63,047 nucleotides of DNA, filler included, from Octopus bimaculoides (GCF_001194135.2; 6 parts of 5 records of this genome joined end to end with filler, not necessarily neighbours in it), one strand, 5' to 3'; positions 1 through 13,277 are shown, counted from the whole stretch's first letter. Notes: generated from the sequence alone by a model not told the origin. Translations and numbers: made by a program.

Positions 1-42
<42 letters not shown>

Positions 43-298
43 ACATGCACTTAAGTACAAGTGCTTATACTCTTTCACATAACCTAAACAAACCCACACA
101 CACAATTAAACTTATTTATTCCTAAACACACTCACGCATGCATGCATGTAAGCGCATGCACACACGCATACACTTACCCACATACACATTCATATATATA
201 TATATATGTAAAGAATAAAAAGTTTAGAATGGTATAACAATGCACTATAGAACAAAAAATGGACTATATACCTGTTGTAATTTGGTTATCTATAGTCC

Positions 299-334
299 GA
301 TGATATTTCGGAATTACAATTCCTTCTTCAGATC
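299..334 (-). ncRNA. Minimal hammerhead-ribozyme-like motif (Penelope pLTR type) with truncated stem I
   Basis: Minus strand reads GAU-CUGAAGA-A-GGAAU(ugua)AUUCC-GAAAU-AUC-AUC: core boxes, 5-bp stem II, AUC triplet, only a 3-bp stem I. Confidence 0.45.
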
Positions 335-559
335 TTCTTTGCTGGAGTCTCTGCTAAATACACGTACCTTGACTTGCATACATAAAAACACCCACATGCA
401 TATAAGCACATGCTCATACACACACAGAGTTATTTTCTTCATAAAATTTGTTTGATCTGACTTGTATGAACACATACAGATACACTTCACACACATATAT
501 ATGCATGCATGTATGTGTGCAGTTTCATACATATACACTCCTGCACAAACATATCCTTT

Positions 560-765
560 TATTCTTTTATTCGTTTCAGTCATTTGACTGCGGCCATGCT
601 GGAGCACTGCTTTTAGTCGAACAAACCGCGCCTAGGACTTAGTCTTTGTAAACCTAGTACTTATTCTATCGATCACTTTTGCCGAACCAGTAAGTTACAG
701 GGACGTAAGCACGCCAACATTGGTTGTCAAACGATGGAGGTTGACAAACACAGACACACAAACAT
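560..765 (-). mobile_element. SINE family A, 3' half
   Basis: Reverse complement of the tail ...GCTCCAGCATGGCCGCAGTCAAATGACTGAAACGAATAAAAGAATAAAAG shared with the full copies at 13685, 22810 and 42076. Confidence 0.85.
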
Positions 766-1600
766 ATATATATATATATAGGGGGAGCATTTACAAAAAA
801 GCAAAAGACGAAGACNNNNNNNNNNNNNNNNNNNNNNNNNNNNNNNNNNNNNNNNNNNNNNNNNNNNNNNNNNNNNNNNNNNNNNNNNNNNNNNNNNNNN
901 NNNNNNNNNNNNNNNNNNNNNNNNNNNNNNNNNNNNNNNNNNNNNNNNNNNNNNNNNNNNNNNNNNNNNNNNNNNNNNNNNNNNNNNNNNNNNNNNNNNN
1001 NNNNNNNNNNNNNNNNNNNNNNNNNNNNNNNNNNNNNNNNNNNNNNNNNNNNNNNNNNNNNNNNNNNNNNNNNNNNNNNNNNNNNNNNNNNNNNNNNNNN
1101 NNNNNNNNNNNNNNNNNNNNNNNNNNNNNNNNNNNNNNNNNNNNNNNNNNNNNNNNNNNNNNNNNNNNNNNNNNNNNNNNNNNNNNNNNNNNNNNNNNNN
1201 NNNNNNNNNNNNNNNNNNNNNNNNNNNNNNNNNNNNNNNNNNNNNNNNNNNNNNNNNNNNNNNNNNNNNNNNNNNNNNNNNNNNNNNNNNNNNNNNNNNN
1301 NNNNNNNNNNNNNNNNNNNNNNNNNNNNNNNNNNNNNNNNNNNNNNNNNNNNNNNNNNNNNNNNNNNNNNNNNNNNNNNNNNNNNNNNNNNNNNNNNNNN
1401 NNNNNNNNNNNNNNNNNNNNNNNNNNNNNNNNNNNNNNNNNNNNNNNNNNNNNNNNNNNNNNNNNNNNNNNNNNNNNNNNNNNNNNNNNNNNNNNNNNNN
1501 NNNNNNNNNNNNNNNNNNNNNNNNNNNNNNNNNNNNNNNNNNNNNNNNNNNNNNNNNNNNNNNNNNNNNNNNNNNNNNNNNNNNNNNNNNNNNNNNNNNC

Positions 1601-1780
1601 CACCACCACCACCACAACCACCACCACCACCACAACCACCACCACCACCACCATCAACATCACTACTACCAGAAGGACAGCCATCATTATTATTATCAGC
1701 AGTATCCTCCTCATCACCACTCTCATTAGCAGCTGCAGCAGCAGTACCACCACCACCACCACCACCACCACCACCATTTT
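1601..1780. repeat. (CAC)n-rich trinucleotide microsatellite
   Basis: Direct reading; source of the poly-T/V/W ORFs. Confidence 0.95.
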
Positions 1781-2102
1781 CAGGAGCCTTTTTGGGGTCA
1801 CATATCTTCTAAAAGTACATATTGAACTAAGTTGTCTGGGCTATACTGTTTCTGGAGGACAGATGATATGATAGGAATGGTCTTCCGTAATGTGTCCTGC
1901 CTGTTCTGTCAGAGCTACCTGGGGTTAAACAACAACATCATCAACAACAACACTCATTGTCACTACCACTGTTGCTGTCACTGCATCAGCTGCAACTGTT
2001 ACCAGAACCATCACTGCCACCACCAGCACCAGCACCACCACCACACGTTTTGTGTGTGTGTGTGTGTCCGTCCGTCCGTCCGTCCTCCATCATCACTTCA
2101 CA

Positions 2103-2270
2103 ATCGGTGTTGGTGTACTTACATCCCCATAATTTAGCAATTTGGCAAAAGAGGCTGATAGAATAAGTAATAGGTTTTAAAAAAGGAGTCCTGGGGTTGA
2201 TTTGTTTGACTAAAACGCACCAGCATGGCCACATTGAAATGACAAAAACAAGTAAAAAAATAAAAGAATA
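2103..2270 (+). mobile_element. SINE family A, degenerate 3' half
   Basis: AATCGGTGTTGGTGTACTTACATCCCCATAATTTAGC...GATAGAATAAGTAA...CAGCATGGCCAC...ACAAGTAAAA matches the family tail. Confidence 0.75.
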
Positions 2271-2339
2271 GGTCAGTTATTTAAAACATGTTATGTGTGT
2301 GTATATACATATTTGTATGTGTGCATATGCGTATGAATT

Positions 2340-2560
2340 TAATCATCATCATTATCATCATCATCATCATTATCATCATCATCATCATTATCATCATCAT
2401 CATCATTATCATCATCATCATCAGTTTGTCAGAAGCTGACCAGCTGAAGAACTGCCCAGGCTTCATGTCTGCTTTGGCATCGTCTCTATGACTGGATACC
2501 CTTCCTAAATCCAAAAACTTTACAGGGTACTGGGTGCTTTTATGCAGCACCAGTGTGGGT
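2340..2560 (-). mobile_element. RTE-type 3' tail with (GAT)n terminus
   Basis: Minus strand AAAAGCACCCAGTACCCTGTAAAG...TTAGGAAGGGTATCCAG followed by a long (GAT)n tract at 2340-2422. Confidence 0.6.
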
Positions 2561-3037
2561 CCGTTTATGTGGAGATCCTCAGCAGAAGTATACGGTTTCC
2601 ATTATTTAGTAGTAGACAGTTTCCATACATATGGACTAAGTGTCTAATAAAGGAAGAAGTGATGACAGGCTGGTAAATAGGAAACTGCTTTGTGTGATAA
2701 AGAGACCCAGTAAGTGAAATTTTTTGGTTATGTGATGAGGAAAGAGATGTTTGGAGAATTTAGTGATGAACGGAAAGATTGAAGGGAAAAGAAGCTGAGG
2801 AAGGGGGCGGGGGGATATGGATGTCAAGCTTGATGAGAAGAAAGAGGTATTAAACATCAGGAAGTGGAACCGTTATAGCAAACAAAGAACAGAGATTTGC
2901 AGAAGGACATAACTGTCTATATCCTACATTCTGGACATGACACATAAAAAATGTGTATGACTTTGTGTATGTATGTGTGTGTGTGTGTGTGTATGTGTGC
3001 TTATAAATACTTCCCCTACACACACATACATACAAGC

Positions 3038-3088
<51 letters not shown>

Positions 3089-3094
<6 letters not shown>

Positions 3095-3430
3095 CATATG
3101 TAAAACTGAGAACGTGTGTCTGTGTGTCTATCAGTGTTTCTGTATGTGTGCAACACTAAAACTCAAGAACTACCCAAACCATTTCCTTCAAATTTTACAC
3201 ATACACTACTCAGGGACCATGGAGTGTCATGGGCCCCCAAAAATTTTAACTTCTTGCTTAATGCAAGCCTGGAGCAATCACTTTGTCTTTTTCCGTATTA
3301 CGTGTCAAAAGTGAAACAATAACGACTCTATTGTAATGTGAGATAATAGTTTCAATTTTAATAGTTTCTCTATTAATACTTCCATTATATATAATATATA
3401 CACAGTGAAACTATTATCTTACATTACATA
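3089..3430 (+). mobile_element. Non-autonomous Helitron-like element
   Basis: AAAACTGAGAACGTGTGTCTGTG...AAAACTCAAGAACTAC...CAAATTTTACACAT aligns by eye with 48961-49240; ends in a 22-bp inverted repeat. Confidence 0.55.
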
Positions 3431-3440
3431 TATACATGCA

Positions 3441-3476
<36 letters not shown>

Positions 3477-3724
3477 TATATATATTATATATATGTGTAT
3501 ATATAAGTTTATGTATATATTAATATTATCTCAGTTTTTAAAAAAACCTTTGATAATGTAAATATGTTAATAGTTACCAGAGGTAGCAAAATTACACTAG
3601 AAAACAAGATATCACAGCCGTTTTACAGGTAGAAATACCAAGTTAAAGTGATACATTTTGAGAAGATATGAATAATAATAATAATAATAAATGGAGCAAA
3701 ACACATATAAATAAAAGTTCCTTT

Positions 3725-3815
3725 AATTCCTACACATGTTTCAAAATATATGAGAGCTTCTTCACAAAGAAGTAAGAGCTACTGGGATTCCTCATATATT
3801 CCTCTTCAGGGAATT
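3725..3815 (-). ncRNA. Type I hammerhead ribozyme (Penelope-associated type)
   Basis: Minus strand: AAUUCC-CUGAAGA-GGAAUAUAUGAG...CUCAUAUAUUUU-GAAAC-AUGU-GUA-GGAAUU. Stem I 6 bp, stem II 12 bp (2 G.U at the base), minimal stem III, GUA cleavage triplet. Confidence 0.75.
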
Positions 3816-5504
3816 CATAATAAACATATAAGAGCAAGACAAATACGAAATGATGCGGTAACTTACGAGCAAAGATGTTACATGGTTAGTGACCATTAGA
3901 ACGTTTGTTTACATAGAGATATAAAGGGATCAATGATATTATTCCATGGGCTTTAAGAATAAGAACGCTTGTTTACATAGAGATATAAAGGGAGGGGGTT
4001 GTAAATGTGATGCTAAAGGTTAAACTAAGTGAATTATTGAAATAGGGGGAGAAAGACAAATATGTTGTAGTACTGTTAAATTTGAAAGAGCGTGAGCTAA
4101 TTGCTGAGTCAAAAATGGAGGAAGGGAGAGAACTAAGGGAGTACATCAAAATAAAATATATACTGTATAAGGAAAACTAATTACATATTTATATGTAGTG
4201 AAGAAAGTGAATAAAAATAAATGAAACATCGTAGCCTAGTGATATATTATATTATATTACATTATTGTACGGATATTAACGTTAGTTAATGGTAAAGCAG
4301 GGTACAGGATATTTATTTGAGAAGTAATAATGATAATAACATACACGTTAACATGAAGAATAGAAATACTTAGTTAAAGTCACCGGAGGTACGAACAACA
4401 ACCTGTGTGGCATTACTAAGAAGAAATAACTTAGCTAACTGTAGAAGGGGAAAATAAAGCACTAGTGGTGAATGAGGCAGAAGTATATATATGTGTATAT
4501 ATATATATATATATATNNNNNNNNNNNNNNNNNNNNNNNNNNNNNNNNNNNNNNNNNNNNNNNNNNNNNNNNNNNNNNNNNNNNNNNNNNNNNNNNNNNN
4601 NNNNNNNNNNNNNNNNNNNNNNNNNNNNNNNNNNNNNNNNNNNNNNNNNNNNNNNNNNNNNNNNNNNNNNNNNNNNNNNNNNNNNNNNNNNNNNNNNNNN
4701 NNNNNNNNNNNNNNNNNNNNNNNNNNNNNNNNNNNNNNNNNNNNNNNNNNNNNNNNNNNNNNNNNNNNNNNNNNNNNNNNNNNNNNNNNNNNNNNNNNNN
4801 NNNNNNNNNNNNNNNNNNNNNNNNNNNNNNNNNNNNNNNNNNNNNNNNNNNNNNNNNNNNNNNNNNNNNNNNNNNNNNNNNNNNNNNNNNNNNNNNNNNN
4901 NNNNNNNNNNNNNNNNNNNNNNNNNNNNNNNNNNNNNNNNNNNNNNNNNNNNNNNNNNNNNNNNNNNNNNNNNNNNNNNNNNNNNNNNNNNNNNNNNNNA
5001 CCCCCCCACACACTCACATAGACACATATGCATATATATATATATATATATATATACATACACATGTGTTTTGTTTAAGGTTATAAAAATATTAAGATTT
5101 ATAACATACTGATTTGAAGCGAAGAATATAAACATGACAAATGAAACACCATTACCCTGTGATATATCAATATACTTATGTTAGCGCTAATCAAAAGAGG
5201 AACGAGGTACAGGGTGTTTTGTTGAGAAATAATAATAATAAGAACAATATACATGCTTATAAGGAGAAGGTCGGATATAAGGCAAAGCAGCTAGCGGTAC
5301 AAAGTGGTAGAAGACACTTGTCCAAGGTGCCACGCAGTGGGACTGAACCCAGAACCATGTGGTTCATGCACACACACACACATATGTGTGTGTGTATTTA
5401 TATATATATATATATATACGCACACACACACATATATGTGTGTATGTGTGTGTACTTGTGTATATGTATGTATAAATACCAAATGACAAGGAAATAAGAA
5501 ATTA

Positions 5505-5689
5505 TGTCATGAATTTCATTAGCTCACAACTGTTTCTGCTGTTTCAGCTGAGTGCTTGTGTATCGTCCTATAGCTTCATTGGAACTCTTTGAAGCTCCAA
5601 TGAAGGGATAGGCTGATACACAAGCACTCAACTGTGGGTGCATTGCATCTTGTAGCAGAAACAGCCATAAGCTTATGAATTTCATGACA
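5505..5689. repeat. 185-bp multi-stem foldback (MITE-like or hairpin element)
   Basis: Termini TGTCATGAA/TTCATGACA. Nested arm pairs CTGTTTCTGCT/AGCAGAAACAG, TGAGTGCTTGTGTATC/GATACACAAGCACTCA and TTCATTGGA/TCCAATGAA. Confidence 0.7.
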
Positions 5690-5859
5690 GGATTTCTCAT
5701 TCTTTTGTTATTTATTTAATTTCTTATCACTGCTCTGTACTTGACTTTCAATTTTTATCTGAAATACATGTGTATTGGGTTCTAACACCAGGTTGTTAGT
5801 ATCACTATGCCTAAGCAAAATAATGAAATATAAATACATATATCATCATCATTGTTTGT

Positions 5860-7310
<1,451 letters not shown>

Positions 7311-7487
7311 TACGATTTGTTGCATTGCTACATAGAAGCCCATCTTTGTATGGTTGCTCGCTCGAATGATTGCTTACAGACATAAAACTCTGATAGTTTA
7401 TTACTGTTGTCAATGTTCTATAGCCCCAGGCCATCTCTGATCAAGCCAATCTATAGTGTTATTATTATTGTTATCATTACTGTTGTT

Positions 7488-7765
7488 AAGGTGGTGAGCT
7501 GGTAGAATGGTCAGCATGCCAGGCAAAATGCCTAGCAGCATTTCATCTATCTTTACGTTCTGGGTTCAAATTCCACCAAGGTCAACTTGGCTCAAAAGCC
7601 CTAGCTTGTCAGTTTTTTTAACAGCTATCTAATACTTTCTGGCCATGCCTTTCATCCTTTAGGGGGTCGATAAATTAAGTACCAGTTTCATACTGGGGTC
7701 GATCTAATTGACTGCCCCTCCCTCCACAAAAAAAAATTTCAGGCCCTGTGTCTATAGTAAAAAGG
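7488..7765 (+). mobile_element. SINE family B (tRNA-derived head), CpG-decayed copy
   Basis: Head GGTGGTGAGCTGGTAGAATGGTCAGCATGCC, B-box GTTCAAATTCC, core GGTCAACTT...CCTTTCATCCTTT.GGGGTCGATAAATTAAGTACCAG. The core resembles the Sauria/Meta-SINE central domain (from memory). Confidence 0.8.
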
Positions 7766-8094
7766 GTTGTTGTTGTTGTTGTTGGTTCAAGGCAGTGAGC
7801 AAGCAGATTTGTTAGCANNNNNNNNNNNNNNNNNNNNNNNNNNNNNNNNNNNNNNNNNNNNNNNNNNNNNNNNNNNNNNNNNNNNNNNNNNNNNNNNNNN
7901 NNNNNNNNNNNNNNNNNNNNNNNNNNNNNNNNNNNNNNNNNNNNNNNNNNNNNNNNNNNNNNNNNNNNNNNNNNNNNNNNNNNNNNNNNNNNNNNNNNNN
8001 NNNNNNNNNNNNNNNNNNNNNNNNNNNNNNNNNNNNNNNNNNNNNNNNNNNNNNNNNNNNNNNNNNNNNGGTTGTTGTTGTTGTTGTTGGTTCA

Positions 8095-8305
8095 AGGCAG
8101 TGAGCAAGCAGATTTGTTAGCACGCTAGACAAAATGCTTAGTGGCGTTTTATTTGTCTTTACATTCTGGGTTCAAATTCCACTGAGGTCGACTTCGCCTT
8201 TCATCCTTTCGGGGGTTGATAAAATAGGTACTAGTTGAGTTCTCGTTTCTATGTAATTAACCAGTCCCTTCCTCCTAAATTTCAGGCCTCGTACCTCTAT
8301 TAGAA
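8095..8305 (+). mobile_element. SINE family B
   Basis: GGCAGTGAGC...GTTAGCACGC...GGTTCAAATTCCACTGAGGTCGACTTCGCCTTTCATCCTTTCGGGG. Confidence 0.8.
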
Positions 8306-8583
8306 ATGATTGTTGTTGTTGTTGTTGTTGGTGATGGTGGTGGTGGTGGTGGCGATGTGTATGTGTGTGTGTCTGTGTGTGTGTCTGTGTGTATGCACTT
8401 GAACGAATAGGCTTCGTTTTCATGTCTTGTTAATTAAAGAGTCATGCACATGCGAACATACACATTTGTATACACACACATACACAGAATATGTCAGATA
8501 TGAATGGTTACAATAGTTAGAAGCACAAAAGATTTATCAACCATATACTGACAAGATGTATGGAAAAAAGTTCATTCCTTAGC

Positions 8584-8795
8584 TATTTATTCTTTTATTT
8601 GTTTCAGTCATTTGACTGTGACCATGCTGGAGCATCGCCATTAGTCAAACAGATCGAGCCAAGGGCTTATTCTTTATAAGCCTAGGACTTATTCTATCAA
8701 TTTCTTTTGCTGAACTGCTAAGTTACGAGGACATAACCACACCAGCATCAGTCATCAAGCTATGGAGCGGGGGACAAACACAGACACACACACAA
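8584..8795 (-). mobile_element. SINE family A, 3' half
   Basis: Reverse complement of the family A tail and central segment. Confidence 0.8.
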
Positions 8796-8803
8796 ATATA
8801 TAT

Positions 8804-9032
8804 GGCAGTGAGCTGGCAGAATCGTTAGCACGCCGGGCGAAATGCTTAGCGGTATTTCGCCTGCCGTTACGTTCTGAGTTCAAATTCCGCCGAGGTCGAC
8901 TTTGCCTTTCATCCTTCTGGGGTCGATTAAATAAGTACCAGTTACGCTCTGGAGTCGATGTAATCGACTTAATCCCTTTGTCTGTCCTTGTTTGTCCCCT
9001 CTGTGTTTAGCTCCCTGTGGGCAATAAAGAAA
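8804..9032 (+). mobile_element. SINE family B, near full length
   Basis: GGCAGTGAGCTGGCAGAATCGTTAGCACGCCGGGCGAAATGC...GTTCAAATTCCGCCGAGGTCGACTTTGCC...GGGCAATAAAGAAAC. Confidence 0.9.
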
Positions 9033-9054
9033 CATATATATATATATATATATA

Positions 9055-9222
9055 TGAGATGGGTTTCTTTCAGTTTCCATCTACCAAATCCACTCACAAG
9101 GCTTTGGTTGGTCCGAGGCTATAGTAGAAGACACTTGCCCAAGGTTCCATGCAGTGGGACTGAACCCAGAATCATGTGGTTGGGAAGCAAGCCTCTTACC
9201 ACACAAACTTGCCTGCTCCTAT
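9055..9222 (-). mobile_element. SINE family A, 5' half
   Basis: Reverse complement of head with B-box GGTTCAGTCCC and CCTTGGGCAAGTGTCTTCTACTATAGCC segment. Confidence 0.8.
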
Positions 9223-9791
9223 AAATTTATAAATATTCAAAAAAAAATGTAACAGAACAGCCTGGGTGAATGAACATCATATTTGGCTTCACTTGTTCAT
9301 GAATTAATCTGTAAATTACTGAGATTTGTGTATTTTTCTCATTGATTTTTCAAGCCTGTCTTCCTGTTTCCTTCTGATAAACTGTTTTCATAGCTGGATA
9401 CCAGTCATTCTTTGAAACTGCCCAGCTGTAAAATAGGCCATGGTAGGTTTTATTTATCACTAAACAGTTAAATAGAAGTCATTATTATTTCAGAAAGCAG
9501 AGCTAGCATGTTTAATGTAGAGTTATAAAAGAAAATTAAGCAATTAAAATTTTACCTGTAAGGCAAGAAAAATCACGTGTTAAAGATAATTCTTGCTGAT
9601 GCTAAGGGAGGCAGCTATGAAAATAAAACTGATTGAAAATCGGCTTCAAATTTTGGCGCATGGTCAGCAATTTTGGGGGAGAGGGTAAGTTGATTACATC
9701 AACCCCAGTACACCACTGGTACTTATTTTATCAACTCTGAAAGATGAAAGGCAAAGTCAACCTGGACAGCATTAAAAATTAAATGAGAGGA

Positions 9792-10178
9792 TGTTGTTGT
9801 TGGCACTCTGTTGCTTACGATGTCGAGGTTTCCAGTTGATCCGATCAACGGAACAGCCTGCTCGTGAAATTAATGTGCAAGTGGCTGAGCACTCCATAGA
9901 CACGTGTACCCTTAACGTAGTTCTCGGGGATATTCAGCGTGACACAGTGTGACAAGGCTGACCCTTTGAATTACAGGCACAACAGAAACAGGAAGTAAGA
10001 GTGAGAGAAAGTTGTGGTGAAAGAGTACAGCAGGGTTTGCCACCATCCCCTGCTGGAGCCTCGTGGAGCTTTAGATGTTTTCGCTCAATAAACACTCACA
10101 ACGCCCAGTCTGAGAATCGAAACCTCGATCCTATGACCGCAAGTCCGCTGCCCTAACCACTGGGCCATTGCGCCTCCA
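9792..10178 (-). mobile_element. SINE family C, full length (tRNA head, RTE-like tail, (CAA)n end)
   Basis: Minus strand begins GGAGGCGCAATGGCCCAGTGGTTAGGGCAGCGGAC (A-box) with B-box GTTTCGATTC; same head at 60243; tail shared with 40752-41072. Confidence 0.85.
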
Positions 10179-10604
10179 CAGGAAGATGTAATAGAGAGTG
10201 ATAAGGATCTAAGGGAAGTTTGATGATAGCATGTGACATATTTCAGTCTTATTAAATCTCCTCAGCATGGCTTATTTTTACTACTACCTGCCAGACTTTA
10301 AAATGATAATGAGAATATTTTGGTTTAATGAAATAGCATTCATTAATTAGACACAGATATGGCTGTATTGGTGCTGGGTTCATTTTGTTACCACATTGTC
10401 TTGTGTTCTATCTCACTGCATGACAGAGACCTCTACTGTAGCCGCAGGCTGACCAATACACATGTGAATGAAATTGGTGGTTGGAAACTGTATGGAAGCC
10501 TGTTCTACACATGTCTGAAAACACCACAGCAATTAAATCTTTCCATTTTTCTAAGTGTCGGCATATCCCGTCTTGTTTTTTCTCACTTTGCTTTTTCATT
10601 CTCC

Positions 10605-10654
<50 letters not shown>

Positions 10655-10656
<2 letters not shown>

Positions 10657-10830
10657 GCATGGCTTTATGGTTAGGAAGCTTGCTTCCTAGCCACATGGTT
10701 TTGGGTTCAGTCCTACTGCATGGCACCTTGGGCAAGTGTCTTCTGCTGTTACCTCAAGACGACCAAAGCCTCGTGATTAAGTTTGGTAGACGAAAGTTAT
10801 CGTTGTGTGTATATGTGTGTGTAAGTGCAT
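10655..10830 (+). mobile_element. SINE family A, 5' half
   Basis: GGCATGGCTTTATGGTTAGGAAGCTTGC...GGTTCAGTCCTACTGCATGGCACCTTGGGCAAGTGTCTT. Confidence 0.75.
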
Positions 10831-10904
10831 GTGCCTCCAAACAAAGAGGAGAAATGATGATGATGATGATGATGATAGGTATGCATGTATGTATATATAT
10901 CATC

Positions 10905-11352
10905 ATCATCATCATCATCATCATCGTTTAACATCCGCTTTCCATGCTAGCATGGGTTGGACGATTTGACTGAGGACTGGTGAACCAGATGGCTACACCA
11001 GGCTCCAATCTGATTTGGCAGAGTTTCTACAGCTGGATGCTCTTCCTAATGCCAACCACACTGAGAGTGTAGTGGGTGCTTTTACGTGCCACCGGCACGA
11101 AGGCCAGTCAGATGGTACTGGCAACGGCCACACTCAAAATGGTGTATTTTATGTGCCACCCGCACAAGAGCCAGTCCAGCGGCACTGGCAACAATCTCAC
11201 TCAGATGTCTTTACATGTGCCGTGGGCACAAATGCCAGGTAGGCGACGCTGGGCACAGTTGCCATCACGATTTCACTTTCGCTTGCCCCAACAGGTTTTC
11301 GCAAGCCGAGTTTAGTGTACAATGAAGGAGGCGACGTTGGCATGGGTGCCAG
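10905..11352 (-). mobile_element. RTE LINE 3' UTR/tail (family D) with internal ~70-bp subrepeats and (GAT)n end
   Basis: Minus strand ends TGCTAGCATGGAAAGCGGATGTTAAACGATGATGATG; contains the CTGGATGC.CTTCCTAATGCCAACC motif; its 5' part resembles the 3' UTR of the RTE body at 25200-26082. Confidence 0.85.
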
Positions 11353-11629
11353 TGCGTATTTGTATAAATATTTACATTTTGCATCAATGAAAATATTTGA
11401 ACAAAACATGGTGATGTTGCTATTTTCTGTAATCAAATTTTCTTGTAGCTTTATTCTTTCAAAGACTAGTAAAAAAAAAAATAAAAGCATTACTTGGATA
11501 ACTGGTAAGGGTTAGCGACAGGAAGAGTACCTGACTGTAAAACAATACCTCAATACGTATTCTTCAAGCCTATGCTAACATGGAAGAATGGATGTTAAAG
11601 ATAAAAAAAGGCAATTTAAAAAAGTGACA

Positions 11630-12440
11630 AGGGAAATTTTCCCAAGTTGTCATCAACATAAAGAATAAAAGTCATATATGCCAAGAAAAGGTCAATTTAT
11701 GTCTGCAAAGACATAGGAAACTCATCTGATCTATGTCAAGTGGTTACTCAAGAAATTTTAAAAAATTTCATGAACAGGACATACTTTGGTTCATCTCTAA
11801 TAAGAAAAGCTTCAACCAAGACCAAAAGCCTAACGGGGAAAATGACAGATGGTTCTGATCCTTCTGATACCCCTACCTGATGCTTACTATGAAAGAGTGC
11901 TGAAAATTTCTTTGCTTTAAGGGTATTGTGAAACACCAAGTTCTATTACAAGGCTTAGGAAGACTAAAGGACTGCTGCAATAAGTGTTTGAATCTGAGAT
12001 GGGAATATGTTGAAAAAAATCACAATTAACTGATTCTCCGGTATTTTCTTTTACTCAAAGCCAGTAATTTTTCAGCACCTCCTTGTAAGTTTCTGGCAAT
12101 TGTTATGGTCTTAGGAGTGATGAGTAACAATGGTCATGTCATGCCGACTCACATCTTTCCATAGGACCTTAGAAATATTGCTGCTGGATATGTTGAGGTG
12201 TTGGAGACAGTTTTTAAGCGCTGGAAGTATGCAGTGGAAGGACGTGTTTTAACAAAACTCAGGACATTCTCATAAAGCCCACATAGCCCAAGATTGAATG
12301 CTAGACAAATTTTATGATCATGTAACATCAAATCTGTGGCATCCAAACTTGCCTGATTTAAACCCCATGGGCTACTATGTGTTAGAACATTGTTGAAAGA
12401 GGAACCAATCAACATCCTCACAATACTGTTAATTCAACTT
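11630..12440 (+). pseudogene. Degenerate mariner-family (DD37D/maT-like) transposase
   Basis: Broken frames read KSYMPRKGQFMSAKT, KFLAIVMVLGVMSNNGHVMPTHIFP, GYVEVLETVFK, HSHKAHIAQD and WHPNLPDLNPMGYYV (WPPNSPDLNPLD box); many stops and frameshifts. Confidence 0.8.
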
Positions 12441-12449
12441 AATCAATTT

Positions 12450-13000
12450 TGATCTTTAGACATTTGTCACAGATTCAACTTTTGATAGCAAATTGTAGCT
12501 GTGAGTGAAGTTATCCAACAGCTGGATATAAACAAGGTTAGTATTTCATTCGAGATTCAAGTAGCAAGTGCTTAGTTCCAAAATTCCATTTATTATATCG
12601 CTTATTCTTCTGTAATATCTAATATAACGTATGAAGTAGTAGTAAAATGACTAAGGAGATAAAATGTCAAATCAGACAACCTCCTAGAAGCTACTGGGAG
12701 TAAATCAAATCCAGGCATTCCATTGTGTTTGTTGAGAAATATACATAATTCTATGATTTGGCCCTTGTTGAAAGTTATCTGCTGAAAGACCTTAATATAC
12801 TTTGGAGATAAGATAGGGAATTACCTTGGGGCACATTCTGCTTGAAAAACATATAGTTAAGTAAGGATCACAGTACCACTACAATAAGAACATTACTCCC
12901 CACTTAACTATGTCTTTTAAGCTGAAAGTGTCCCTGAGCAAGCCTACCCCAACTGTCAGTTAGTGTATTAAACTGTCACATGTTCAATCATTCAAAATCT
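12450..13000 (-). pseudogene. Possible very old retroelement (Penelope-like RT) relic
   Basis: Minus-strand fragments FNKGQIIELCIFL and YFIRYI..I loosely resemble an RT region; weak. Confidence 0.3.
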
Positions 13001-13239
13001 TTATATTCTCTCAATTGTCTGTGGAGCATTCAGCCATATTATCATCTAATTAGTATGCAGTTCTGTTGATTGACTCACTGGAATATCCATTGTCAAAACA
13101 AATAAGTGAATCCATTTATATTTTGTAATTAATATATATTTTTATCAGAGGTACAAAGATCAAGGTCCTGTGAGTAGATTTGGTTGATAGAGACTGAAAA
13201 AAGCCCATCATATATGTATGTGTGCGCACACATGTTTGT

Positions 13240-13277
<38 letters not shown>

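Noticed and set aside
7765-8125. Identical ~53-bp sequence on both sides of an N gap
   Set aside because: Most simply an unmerged contig overlap, not a biological duplication.
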